A DNA stretch of 53,971 nucleotides from Saprolegnia diclina VS20 (lineage: Eukaryota): positions 804,618-858,588 of the forward strand of contig NW_008246079.1 of assembly GCF_000281045.1 (NCBI RefSeq), read 5' to 3'. Within the stretch, counting starts at the first letter, position 1; every line of letters begins with the position of its first letter. Below the pieces are notes generated by a model, which worked only from the letters and a program-made list of their open reading frames with translations, was not told the origin of the DNA and did no database searches. This document shows, piece after piece, positions 25,738 to 36,916 of this stretch. Both the position numbers and the translations under genes were made by a program.

Positions 25738-28034
25738 ATGCGCGTCACGAGTCTCTTGCTTGCGGCAAGCGCCGTCGCCGCCCACCAGTGCATTCACAAC
25801 GCACTCTCCGCCCACGAGCTCCGCACGGTCTCGAGCCAGAGCTACGACAACCATCCGTTCGACGTCGCCTCGCGCCGTCTCGAGGCAGCCGTCGACGCGG
25901 CGTCGGCTGCCATTCAAGTCGCCGCCTCGAGCTACAAGCCGCTGCGCATCACGCCCATCTTTGACAGCGAGAGCTTCGGCGCGCTCTCGTCCGACAAGAA
26001 GCAGCTCATCGTGAACCAGCTCGTGCCGGATGCGATTGCTCATTGGCAGAGCGCGCTTCAAGTTCGTGCTCTATCACCACTTTTGAAGAGACAACTTGTC
26101 TTTGTTTCGCTAGGTCATCCCGATCAACGGCACGTGGTATGCCAAGCGGCAGTGCACGTCCGTGTACAACACGGTGCCGCCCGTGTGCGCCAGCGTCGCC
26201 GCGTCACAGACGTGTTTGGACCAAGTGATTCCGCCGGCGCACTACGGCTCGATCCAAGTGTGCTCGAGCTGCACGTCATCGGGCTGTACCTGCTCGACGC
26301 AAGCCGGGGGCGCCGGTGTCACCAACACCGACTATGTCCTCTACGTTCGCGCAGTCCAAACCACCCACTGCGGCACGTCGGTCTTGGCCTACGCGACAAG
26401 CTGTCAGCAAGACCAGGTACGATGGTGTTTTCATTGTTGGACTATACCATTAGAAATCATGTAGTACGACCGGCCAACCATGGGCATGGTCAACTTTTGT
26501 CCCAACAAGCTCAACACGGCGACGTCCGCGTACGAGTTGCAGCTCGACACGGCGACGCACGAGCTCGCGCATGCACTTGGCTTTACGGCGCAAATGTACG
26601 CGTACATGCGCAACGCTGACGGCACGCCACGTACCCCGCGGGATGGCACGACCGGTACCGTTAAAAAGATGCAAAAATGATGCAAAAATGATGCAAAAAT
26701 GATGCAAAAATATGATTTTTAGGGCAACCGCCGCTCTTGACCAACTACAAGTGCCCGAACGGTGTCACGGCGTCGGCATTGATGTTGCCGAGCACGAATA
26801 CGATGCAGTTCTTTACCGAGCGCGGCCACGCGGTCGCCAAGCTCGTGACGCCCAACGTCCTGGCGTACGCCCAAGCGCACTTTGGCTGCCCGACATTGAA
26901 CGGCGTCGAGCTTGAAAACCAAGATGCTGGTGCGTGCTTTGGGAGTCACTGGGAAGAGCGGATCTTCGAGCCCGAGATGATGAGTCCGCTCCAAAGCTAC
27001 CGCAACGCCCAGTCGGGGCTGACGCTGGTACAATATTGTCTTTTTTTCGATGGACCCTACCCCTCGTTCGAAAAAACGATGCAATTATTGGCGTGTAGGC
27101 GTATTTCCAAGACTCGGGGTGGTACCAAGTCAACTTTACAAGCGCCGAGCCCATGTACTGGGGGGCACGCCGCGGCTGCAGCTTTGCCATGGACAACTGC
27201 GTCACATTGAGTGCATCCAATGGCACGAGCACGGCCAACGTGCCGGATCACTACTGCGTCGATGAGAAGATCGATGCGTGCACGGTCGACCTCACGTCAA
27301 GAGCGTTCTGCACGCTCTCAACGTCGACCTCTGCGATCCCGAGCTACGCCCAGTACTTTACGAATGCGGCGCGCGGCGGCGCGTCGTTTCCCGATTATTG
27401 CCCGATTTTAGCCGGGTACGCCCAAGGCGACTGCCGCATTAGCTCGAATTTGCAACACCCGACCAACACCAACATCAACCTCCTCGGCGAGACGTACGGC
27501 AGCAGCAGCTACTGCCTCAAGTCGACGCTGCTCTCGTCCAACAATGGCGGGTGGCGCCTTCCGGACCGCACGACCGGGTGCTACACTGTCTCGTGTACGA
27601 GCTTGGTGCTGACGATCACGGTGGCCGGGCCATCGGGCACAATTACAAAGACGTGCTCGCAGAAAGGCCAGGAGCTCACCTTTGACGCCTCATCGTTCAC
27701 CGGCACGCTCTACTGCCCGGACCCGTTTGTGGTCTGCAACACGGGGCAGTGCGCGCCGGCGTGCGGTGCCAACGCTGTTTGCGCCGGCGGGTCGTGCGAG
27801 TGCTTGGACGGCTACACAAAGGCGTCGAGTACGGCGTGCAACCCCGTGTGCCCGAACGCGTGCTCGGGCAACGGCGCGTGCGACACGGCCAGCGCGACCT
27901 GCAAGTGCAACAGCGGCTTCACGGGCGCGAGCTGCAACACCACCGGCGTCTCGACCAAGAAAGGCAACGACGCGCATGGCGTCGCCCTCGATACGCTCGC
28001 GGTGGTCGCAGCCGTCGCCCTCCTCCGCCTGTAG
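25738..28034 (+). CDS. Leishmanolysin/GP63-like (M8) metalloprotease 2 with C-terminal EGF-like repeats, probable GPI anchor; 5 exons
   Basis: Signal peptide + CIH; YDRPTMGMVNFCP, HELAHALGF, GVELENQD, GSHWEERIFEPEMMSP, FQDSGWY, PDYCP; EGF-like CPNACSGNGACD...CKCNSGFTGASC; hydrophobic tail. Confidence 0.93.
26668..26711. repeat. Intronic 11-bp perfect tandem repeat (GATGCAAAAAT)x4
   Basis: Four exact copies inside intron 26655-26722. Confidence 0.92.
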
Positions 28035-28747
28035 CCACTTCGACGATTGTAAGCAAAAACGACAGATTCTAGTCTAGTCGATGATCACTAGAGTGGTGCT
28101 CTGCGGTAGAGGCCAACATGCGTCGCACGGTTGTCGATGCGCGTGGTGACAGACCTTGTCGGTCGAAGGGTAGAAACATGCAGCCTGCTGACGCGGTGCG
28201 CTGACGCGCCACGCACCGGCAAGCTTGGGTGGTGGCGGGCTCTCTGGTACGAACCGTCGAGAGAGATCCCGCACTCGTGGGTCGTTCGAAACGCCGTCCT
28301 AGCAGCACCATGCACCCAGGACACCCTCGCTCATTGACGGCCTTCGTAGCCCTCGCTTGTAGCTGGCAAGTGCCAGGTCTCGTCGCTGCCGCAGCAATTG
28401 CACCGCCGTCATTAATACCGTCGGCCTTTGCCGGGTTCGAAGCGGCGTCTCTTCGCGGACCGCCTTTCTGCGGTACCCACGAGCACTGAATTTCCTTCGT
28501 CAACATCGCCAGGCTCGACTATGAATTAAAGTATACCGAAGTGTGAGTGTTGGTGGTCGTCTCTCGAAAAACATGTGATTTTCGATTGCAATGAGAGAGT
28601 GGACCTGAATCGGCGACGCTGATTGGCTCGCACGTGGCGGACCGGGCGGCTGTGCGTTACAGCTTCCAACGGGCCAAGTCTCTGGCAGGACGCGACCACC
28701 AACTGCTTCGAGAGCAGACGCCACTTGCTACATCAGCCTCTCTGGGC

Positions 28748-29764
28748 ATGGGCAGCACTGTCTCCGCATACGACTTGCCTGCTGCTGACCACCACCATTC
28801 TTCGATCGTCCGGACCATGGGCATGGCGGCAGTCGAGACGAGCATGACCCACGCCGGCGCCGCGAGCTTTCTCCAGCACGCCGACGTCATGATTGCGTCC
28901 GTCGACGACTCGTACGAGGGCGGCCACCGCCACACCAAGTACATCATCCAGGTCACGGAGCGCGGCCACGGCCACTTCGTTGTCGCGCGCCGGTACTCGC
29001 AGTTTCGCGTGCTCGCCGACGCGGTCCGCTCGATCCTTGCGCGCACCAAGACGCGCGGGACCAAGTCCAACGCGGCCCACGACGTGGCCTGCCTCGCGCT
29101 CCGCGGGTTTCAGTTTCCGAGAAAAATGATGCACTTTGGCTTCCTCGGCACGCCGTCAACCGCGAAAGAAGTGGTGTTCGACCGGCTCCGGCAGCTGCAT
29201 TTGTACCTCCAGACGCTCTGCCACGTTCTGCGCACCTTCCACTGGGAGCCCTCGTCGCAGAAGCTCAATGCGATGGCGCGCGACCAGGCCAACATGCTTG
29301 GCCGGCTCCTCCACGGATTCCTCGCCGTGCCAGCCTCCTTTGGCACCAACCCTAGCGCGTACGTACACACGAACCCGATGTGCCGGAACCTGGCGGCCGT
29401 CTACTGCGCCCAGCACCCCGTGCTCCAAGAGAACGCATCCAAGAAGCAGCAGGAGTTCGCCGTGCAAGCCGCCCACCGCGCCAAGCCGTACGCGACCATG
29501 ATCGACACGTACGGCTCGACGCTCGAGGCGCAGTGGCACCCGAGCGGCACGATGCGGTCGTCGCGCGCGCCGTCGTACCCGGTCTACAACCCCAGCGTCA
29601 AGGCGTCCGTGGTGCGCCCTAGTATTGTGTTTTTACACCATGACGACCCGGCGTCGTCGCTCCAGCTGCAGAACAGCAGCTTGCTCTCGATGGACGACGA
29701 CATTCCGCTACTCTGCAGCTCCGACTGTGGGTCCCCCCGCGACACCATCTTCCTTGGCGATTAG
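28748..29764 (+). CDS. PX (phox homology) domain protein with putative N-myristoylation signal, single exon
   Basis: HTKYIIQV...FVVARRYSQFRVL...FPRK...VVFDRLRQLHLYLQTL is a PX signature; first ATG gives MGSTVS (MGxxxS). Confidence 0.75.
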   Translation: MGSTVSAYDLPAADHHHSSIVRTMGMAAVETSMTHAGAASFLQHADVMIASVDDSYEGGHRHTKYIIQVTERGHGHFVVARRYSQFRVLADAVRSILARTKTRGTKSNAAHDVACLALRGFQFPRKMMHFGFLGTPSTAKEVVFDRLRQLHLYLQTLCHVLRTFHWEPSSQKLNAMARDQANMLGRLLHGFLAVPASFGTNPSAYVHTNPMCRNLAAVYCAQHPVLQENASKKQQEFAVQAAHRAKPYATMIDTYGSTLEAQWHPSGTMRSSRAPSYPVYNPSVKASVVRPSIVFLHHDDPASSLQLQNSSLLSMDDDIPLLCSSDCGSPRDTIFLGD

Positions 29765-30140
29765 CAGCCAAGACCACCTCCTTGTCCTAAGTTATATCAA
29801 GCTGTACTATTGTCTGTTGACACGCTGGCCTTTCCGAGTTTGCCCTTGATGGCGGCAACACCGCAGGCACCTACGTCCGGACCTACTGCTGGCCATACCC
29901 ATCTGGTGGTGAGTAGGCTCGCGGTCGCACGCTTGATACCGACCCTGTTCATGGCGTTTGCTCGTCTCGGTGCTGGTGTGACGCCTGCACCGACCGACAG
30001 TTGCAGTGCTCCGATCGACTGGTAGATGCGAAGACTCGCGCATGAATGCCAGGGTCGATGGGGTGCCAACGGCATGGCGATGTCGACTCAGGAGATGATC
30101 AGATACGATCTTGAGGTTAGGGGAATGCCTTCGCATCGGT

Positions 30141-32626
30141 TTACGCCAACGTCTCGAGCTCGGCTTGGAGCGCAACTTCCATCGCAAGCTTGGCGAGCTG
30201 GTCTTCGTTGAGCGTATCGCCGTTGGCCTGCTTGCCCTTGATATCCTGGATCTGCTTGAGCTTCTTCTGGACAGCCTTGGCCTTCTTGGCCTTCTCCTCC
30301 GGCGTCAGCACCACTAACCGCTCGGTGAGGCTGGAGTCATGGCGGATAGATACTTACCCTTGGCCGCAGGCACGGCAACCGAGGCGAGGAGCTCGGCAGC
30401 GGCCTTCTCGATCTCGGCCTTGGCGGCCGCAGCCTCGATCGCCTTCTTCTTCTTCTCGGCCTTGCTCGGCTTCTTGACGACCGGCGCGGCCATGCCAGGA
30501 ATCACACCCGAGCCGCCGACAGTCTTGACAGGCGCGTACTTGTTGCGGTCAAGCTTGCGCGCACCCGTACCTTCTTCCCGGCGGAGCATCGCGGCGAGCG
30601 CACCGGTCGAGTTGGGCGGGCGGTACGCCTGGCGCACCGGCGCAGGCGGCGCAATCGTGGCTTCCTACAGCCACGAGATACATGGTATGCAATCGCAGTG
30701 GAGAACCCACCTCTTCCTTGGAGCGCGGCGTCGCCGGGCGGTTGGGGTAGACACCCGCCGCCGCGGGGCGGAACTGGAAGTCGTAGATCTCACCTCGCGA
30801 CTCGGACACGACCGGGCCAATACCGTCGTACTTGAAGATCTTGAAGCCGTTGTCGACGCGGACGCTACACGTGACGCGCAAATCGTCAGCGATCCAACGC
30901 TCCCTAGAAGTAGAGCTACCGAGGAAAGGTCGTCGCGGTCGCAAAGTAGCGCGAGTCGGGCGACCAGCCATGCCTACACCCTATCATCAACACACAATAT
31001 CGTCATGTTGTGTGTGACGTACACAGTGGCGCATTCCGACGTCGCGGACCCGAGCTTCTTGAGCTTGTTGCGATCCCAGAAGTCCATGTGGCCCGGCAAG
31101 TTGCCAAACCCCTAATCCTCGATGTCAGCCTGCAGCCTTTCGAGACGAAGCGTACGGCAAGGCAGAGGAACCGACCGTGGGGACTCCAGCTGATCGTGTT
31201 GCGCGAGGCCGCGCCAAACTCAAACACGGGGCACGCCTGGTTGTCGTAGAGCTGCACACAACATGTTAGCGACCAAAGATTCGAGTACAATGTACCGTGG
31301 CGTTGGCCGGCATCGAGCCCGCGAGCACGACAAAGCCGCGCGACGTCGGGTCCCACTGCACGTCGTGCACAGGACCTTGCTTGGTCACAGGAATGCTGCA
31401 GTCGTACTGGCCGTCACTACCATACACAGATGAAGCCTTTCCACGAGGCGAGGGCTAGGGCTATGTCGGAACCTCTGGAGGAAGAAGAGGTTGGTCTCGC
31501 CGTAGTATGACTTGCCCGACGTGTCGACGTCGGTGCTCGTCTCGATGATGAGCGCCGACCCGTTGGGTGCCCACTTGAGCTTGACGTCTTGGGCCTTGTA
31601 AAAGCTTTTGAACGCGACGTGCGACTGCGCCGTGTTGGGCGGGAACGGGTAGACGCGGACGCTCGCGGGCTTGCCCTTCTTCTCGGGCACGAAGAGCGCA
31701 ATCTTGTACGGAATGCTGCCCGGCGCGACGCTAAACTTGGCCGTGTTCTACTCGATACATTGATACGATACGTTTCAAAAAGCATGACGATGTACCTCGA
31801 GCACGATGTTGCCAATGTTGCCCGCGCCAATCGCGCGACCATTGTACACTTGGACCTAATGCGATGACGCCGATAAGATGACGCATGCGAGGAAGGTAGA
31901 GCGTACGCCGCTGCCGCTGAGGCGCGCGGCAATCGTTTCGTCCGAGCTCCACTGGATCGACGGCCAGTGCTACGACCAGTACTAAGCAAGACGAGCGAGA
32001 TGGGAGGGACGTACGTCACGCGTGTACGTCTTCTGGTTGAAGCGCGCGATGATCGAGCCGTTCGAGACGTCCCAGACAATGAGGTTGCCTAGAAGAGGGC
32101 CGTGGTGGTTGATCGAGTAGGTCGTGGACGGGATCGTACCGTCGGTCGAGTCCTTTACCGGGCGCTGCCACGTAACGAGCTGCGTCGCGAGCGGCGACCA
32201 AGCAACGGCCTGGATGCCCGGGTTGGCGACTTCAACAAGTACCTCGTTCCTGCAAGCGGTGTGTAAGCGATGGCAGAACGAGTGGATGGCGACGTACGTC
32301 TCGGTGGCGCGGACGACAAAGCCGAGCTCCGTCGAGATGAACGCAGCCTTGCTACCGTCGGGGCTCATAAACATGTTGTCGCACGTCGAGAGCGTGGCTT
32401 CGGCCTCGATCTTGCGCAGCGCGAGATCGTCGGGCGTCACGGACGGCAGGCCCCAGAAGGGCTCGACGCTCTAGTCGCCGCATGAGACGCCGTCACCAGC
32501 GCATGTAGATGCAGTACCGTCTTGCCACGGACGTAGAACTTGGTACGCGGTGCTTCTACGCAGGCGCGATGTCATGCACCGGCGGCGCGGTCGAAGCGAC
32601 GTACCTTGCGCTTGAGCTTGGGCCAT
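30141..32626 (-). CDS. EIF2A: Eukaryotic translation initiation factor 2A, intron-rich
   Basis: WSPLATQLVTW, FVPEKKGKPASVR, KSFYKAQ, STDVDTSGKSYYGETNLF, GPVHDVQWDP, RNTISWSPHGRF, GFGNLPG, RVDNGFKIF, AYRPP, C-terminal coiled coil. Confidence 0.95.
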
Positions 32627-33378
32627 CGCGCTGATTTTTTGTTTGGTGATGAAGCCAACGGCTCTGATCAAGTCCGCCGGACTTAACAGAGACTATCACA
32701 GTAAATAATGCCATACGAAGAGTGATGGTGGACATAAAACAGTGTTGTTTGAGGGCGCGCTGCCGGAGCAACTAGCAAGGCCAGCACGCCAAATAAGGTC
32801 TCTCTAATCACAGCGCTGTACACGCATTTCGCCATACACTGTCTTTCGAGGGTAATGCTCAAAACAAGCAACTGCAAGCACCGATTCCAGCACCGCAGAT
32901 TCACCTTTCGTCCCTTCTCACAGTACCTACTACCGCTATTGCAGTACCGAACATCGTCGATACCACGCGTGTAGCCGAATTCGCTCGCGAAACTGCTTGA
33001 GCGAACAGCTGCCAACGCCCTCTTCGCGCCACGGGTGCGTCTGCAACGAGCAGCGTTGCCAGTTCGATCAATGATGGATGCGGGATTGGCCCACGACTAT
33101 GGTCAAGACAATGCTTAATGCTGGCGAGTGCTTCTATTCACTTGGCTATGGTCGACGCCACACGGCCACGTCATCGCTCGCTCGGTTTCTATGCAGCGTT
33201 GGCGTTGTGTATCTTTTGTGGCGGGGAAAGCACGAAATAGTGTATGCCGTTTGGCCTGTCGATCGCACTTAATCGGATATCGGCGTCCACGTGGGTGGGG
33301 CCATTTGTTTTTACACTTGGGGTTTGTATCGGAATAAAAACGAATGACAAGCGGCGCCATTTTGAAAGTGGCAAAAGC

Positions 33379-34977
33379 ATGAGCAGCGAGCTCCGACGGC
33401 GCAAGACGCCGCTGCAAGTCGAGACCAGCGATGCGCCGCTGACACCGACCAAGTCGAGCGCGTCGCCAGCGACGGTCTCTGTCGGCAACGCCTTCCGCGC
33501 CAGCCGCGAACACGGCTACGATGGGCTGCTCCTCTTCAAAGAAGAGCCACGTCAGTTCCTCTTTCTCTTCCTCGTCGTCGTCGCCGTCGCGCACTACTCG
33601 TTCACGCACGACTCGGACGTACGCGTCTCGTTGCTATCGATACGGTGCTCATGGTAGCGTAGGACTTTGAGCTCAACGTCCGCAACGGGCTCTGGTCGGC
33701 AAGCTTTATCTTCCTCGCCTACTGCTTTCTCCAGACGCGCGACGGTCTCCTCGTGCGCCCGCATCCTGGCGTCTGGCGCATCGTGCACGGTCTCTCGGTG
33801 TTGTACCTTCTTTTGCTGGCGGCCTTGTCGGTGCAAAACCTGGCGTCGGCGACCGCGGCTATCCGCGTGCTCTTTCCCGAAGTGGGCACGAAGGCCACGG
33901 CCAAGCCGTCCGCGCCACTGAACTGCGAGATCAATTCGACGGTATGACACGACTCTTTTTACTAGACAATATGTACATTGGTGTGTAGACCTTGTATCGC
34001 GGCGTCTCGAGCATCTGGTTCCTCGCGCACGTCACGGGGTGGTGGGGCAAGATGTGCATGTTTCGCGACTGGCGCTTTTGCTGGGTCCTTGCCATCGCGT
34101 TTGAGCTCCTCGAGCTCATCTTCCAGTTTGTGATCCCCGACTTTCGAGAGTGCTGGTGGGACTCGCTCTTCATGGACCTCTTTGGCGCCAATTTTATTGG
34201 CATGTGCCTGGGCCGCCTCACGCTCAAGTACCTCGAGACCAAGGAGTACGACTGGTCTGGTAACAAGGGCGACAAGCGGGGCTATGTCCGACGCGCGCTC
34301 AGCCAGTTCACGCCCTTTAGCTGGTCGCGTTACGACTGGGAAGTGTTCTCAAGCTTCAAGCGATTCGCGCTGGTACACACCACCTCGTCATCGTGCTTCG
34401 CCACTTAGAGAATGCGTAGGTCGCGGTCGCGGTCTTTGTGTGCCTCCTTGTCGAGCTCAACGCGTTCTTCCTCCTGAGCACGCTCAGTATTCCAAAGGAG
34501 AGCCATATCAACAAGTACCGGCTCTGCCTCATCTTCATGCTGGGCCTCCCCGCGGCCTCCGAGGTAGACATCATGAATCTGCAGGCTCTGAAGACGCTCA
34601 TGGCGACAATGTCTAGTACTTTGAGTTTATCACCAACCCGGCGTGCTGGCGCCTCGGCCAGAACGCGTGGATGATGTGCAGCATCGGCGTCTTTGAGGTC
34701 CTCGTCTGGGTCAAGTTTGCCGACGGCCTCGTTGGCACGTCGACGCCGCCGCCGGACGTGTACCTCCCGCTCTTGGCCTTTAGCGCGCTCTTCTCGCTCT
34801 GGATGCTTCTCTTCTTTAGCCAGCGCAAGACCGTACGTGGCGCATGGCAAGTTGAATGGGTTGCTGAGTGGCTTCGACTAGGACAAGCCGTCGACGCACC
34901 GCCTCACGCTCCTCGACGTGCTCTTTTACATCTCGTTCACGCCGCTTCTGTATTTGACCAAGCAGTGGGCGTACTGA
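33379..34977 (+). CDS. Phosphatidylserine synthase (base-exchange, PTDSS/PSS type), multi-exon
   Basis: RDGLLVRPHPGVWRIVHG, FLAHVTGWWGK, FELLEL...PDFRECWWDSLFMD, SQFTPFSW, ELNAFFL; multiple TM helices. Confidence 0.92.
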
Positions 34978-35287
34978 GCGCAAGCCGCCGCAGTCGACTG
35001 CGGGCATAGATGATGCAAATGTACATGCAGCCACGCGTTAGCTCTGCTTCCTCCTACGATGCTATTGCAGTCTGTGCAAATGCATAGATCTATGGTCATG
35101 CTACTGCAGATCTAGGACCATGCACCTTCGTGGCTGCGCAGGACGGGGCGCGCTCGCTGGGCGGGCGAGCTGGGTGGACGAGCCGGCCGCGGTGGTGGCA
35201 GCTCGGGCAGTTTGGAACGAATAACGCAATCTTTCCGGATATGAGTAAGGCGCCGGATACGGTGCCAGATCGACGAGGAGGCAAAGA

Positions 35288-35990
35288 ATGGAGGTCGAGC
35301 CGACGGTCGCGGACGCCCATGACGACGCCGAAGAGACAGCATGGCTGGTCGACGTCAAGAAGATGCACAAGGAGCTCATGAAGCACGAGCTGGCGTGGCC
35401 CTTCCTCGAGCCCGTGGACCCCGTGAAGCTCAACATCCCCACGTACTTTCAGATCATTGAGCGGCCGATGGACCTCGGGACGATCCAAGGCCGGCTCCAG
35501 CTCACAGCGTCCGGCGACGACCACGACGAGATGGTCAATGTATTTGGGCCACCCGCGGCCATGACGTCGTACGGCTCCATCGACGAGTACAAGAACGACC
35601 TGCTGCTTGTGTTTGACAATGCGATCAAGTTCAACGGCGACGATGGCCGCATCGAGTCGGTCGGGTACGCGTCTACCATTCGTGCTTGGCCTCCATGCTC
35701 ACGAAACCTGTAGGAACATGGCCAAGCGCATGCGCCAGCACGTCTTGACGCGTCTCGCGTCGCAGTTCACGGTCGACACACTCGATTCACAGGCGTGCTC
35801 ATCACGGCTCGGATAGGACGCCAGCTTGACGTGGGAAGAAAAGGTCGAGCTCAACTTGCTTCATAAGAAGATCGCAGACGCCAAGGCCCAAGGCGTCCGC
35901 GAGCGCTGGAAGAAGGAGTCGTTCGTGGCGCGTTGGAACCGACAAAAAATCGAGTTCCGGAACCAAGTCGCCATGCAGGCCAGTCCGTAG
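35288..35990 (+). CDS. Small single-bromodomain protein, 3 exons
   Basis: [31 protein letters not shown]...[13 protein letters not shown] (acetyl-lysine-binding Asn present); introns near 35665-35713 and 35772-35816. Confidence 0.85.
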
Positions 35991-36768
35991 CCGTTGATGC
36001 AGGTGGTCATATCGTTAATTTTGCTTCTTGTGCGCGGCTTTGTACAGCAGGATGGGATGCAAGCATGGCTTCGCGGCGTCCCATGGAGCACCCTCGATCT
36101 GGCTGGCCTTTCTCTGCACTAGTCGGTCTGACCGCCGCCGCCCTTCCTCAGCTCCGCCAAGGTCGACACGCAATGCATACGGTCAATACCAACGACCTTT
36201 ATGACCAGCGATGGAGTCGTCGATAGAGTCTGTGCTCCATCTGATAGAGCGCACGCATCACAGATGCCCACCCACGGCCTCACCACGACACAACTACGCA
36301 GCGTGTGAGCGACGACAAGCTTCCTGCACGTCCTCGCTGGTCATGGTCTCGCTGCTCGTTGAAAGGAAGGCCTCTTGTCGCTGCATATAGCAGACACGAA
36401 GAGCGTCGTCGCCTTGCGCACGTCGCCGCCCGAGGCGCCCGCTCCACGGCCCTGAATGGCGTGCGAGCGCGCAACGGAGAAAACAGTGGTGGCGACGTGG
36501 GTTCGATTTGGGTGGCGCTTCTGGTACGCGGAGCAACATGCGGTTGCCGGAGGGCCCATGCACCCATCTTCTTGGTCGACGTCGGCGCCGCCCTCTCCTC
36601 GCTGCATGGCATCATGTGCCAGCGTCTACCTCGACGTGGCGGCCATGCAGCGTCATCGCCAAGATGACGGGCAGGGATGCGCCCGTCGTGATTACCAAAC
36701 GGGAGCCCACTCGTCTCAGGTGATTTGCCACTGACTACGCCGATCCTAGTGCAACGCTGCGCGCGCTT

Positions 36769-36893
36769 TGATTGGCCCGCGCCTGCTTGGCAGTTTCTGA
36801 TTGGCGGATATCCTGTCGTGTGGAAATCTTCCTTGAAGTAGTGGGCGGTATACAAATGCCAAGTCAAATGGATTTTCATTTTGTGGTCATTTT
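36769..36893 (+). promoter_or_regulatory. SHMT promoter: two TGATTGG (CCAAT) boxes and INR-like TCATTTT
   Basis: TGATTGG at 36769-36775 and 36798-36804; TCATTTT at 36887-36893, ~25 bp before the ATG; resembles oomycete core promoter elements. Confidence 0.5.
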
Positions 36894-36916
36894 CGCTTTT
36901 GCCCCGCTGCAGAAAG

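Noticed and set aside
29885..29920. GCTGGCCATACC resembling a 5S rRNA 5' end
   Set aside because: Similarity stops after ~12 nt; no internal 5S conserved blocks follow.
36000..36760. Possible small gene or gene remnant between the bromodomain gene and SHMT
   Set aside because: Several overlapping short ORFs but no recognisable motif or consistent exon structure.
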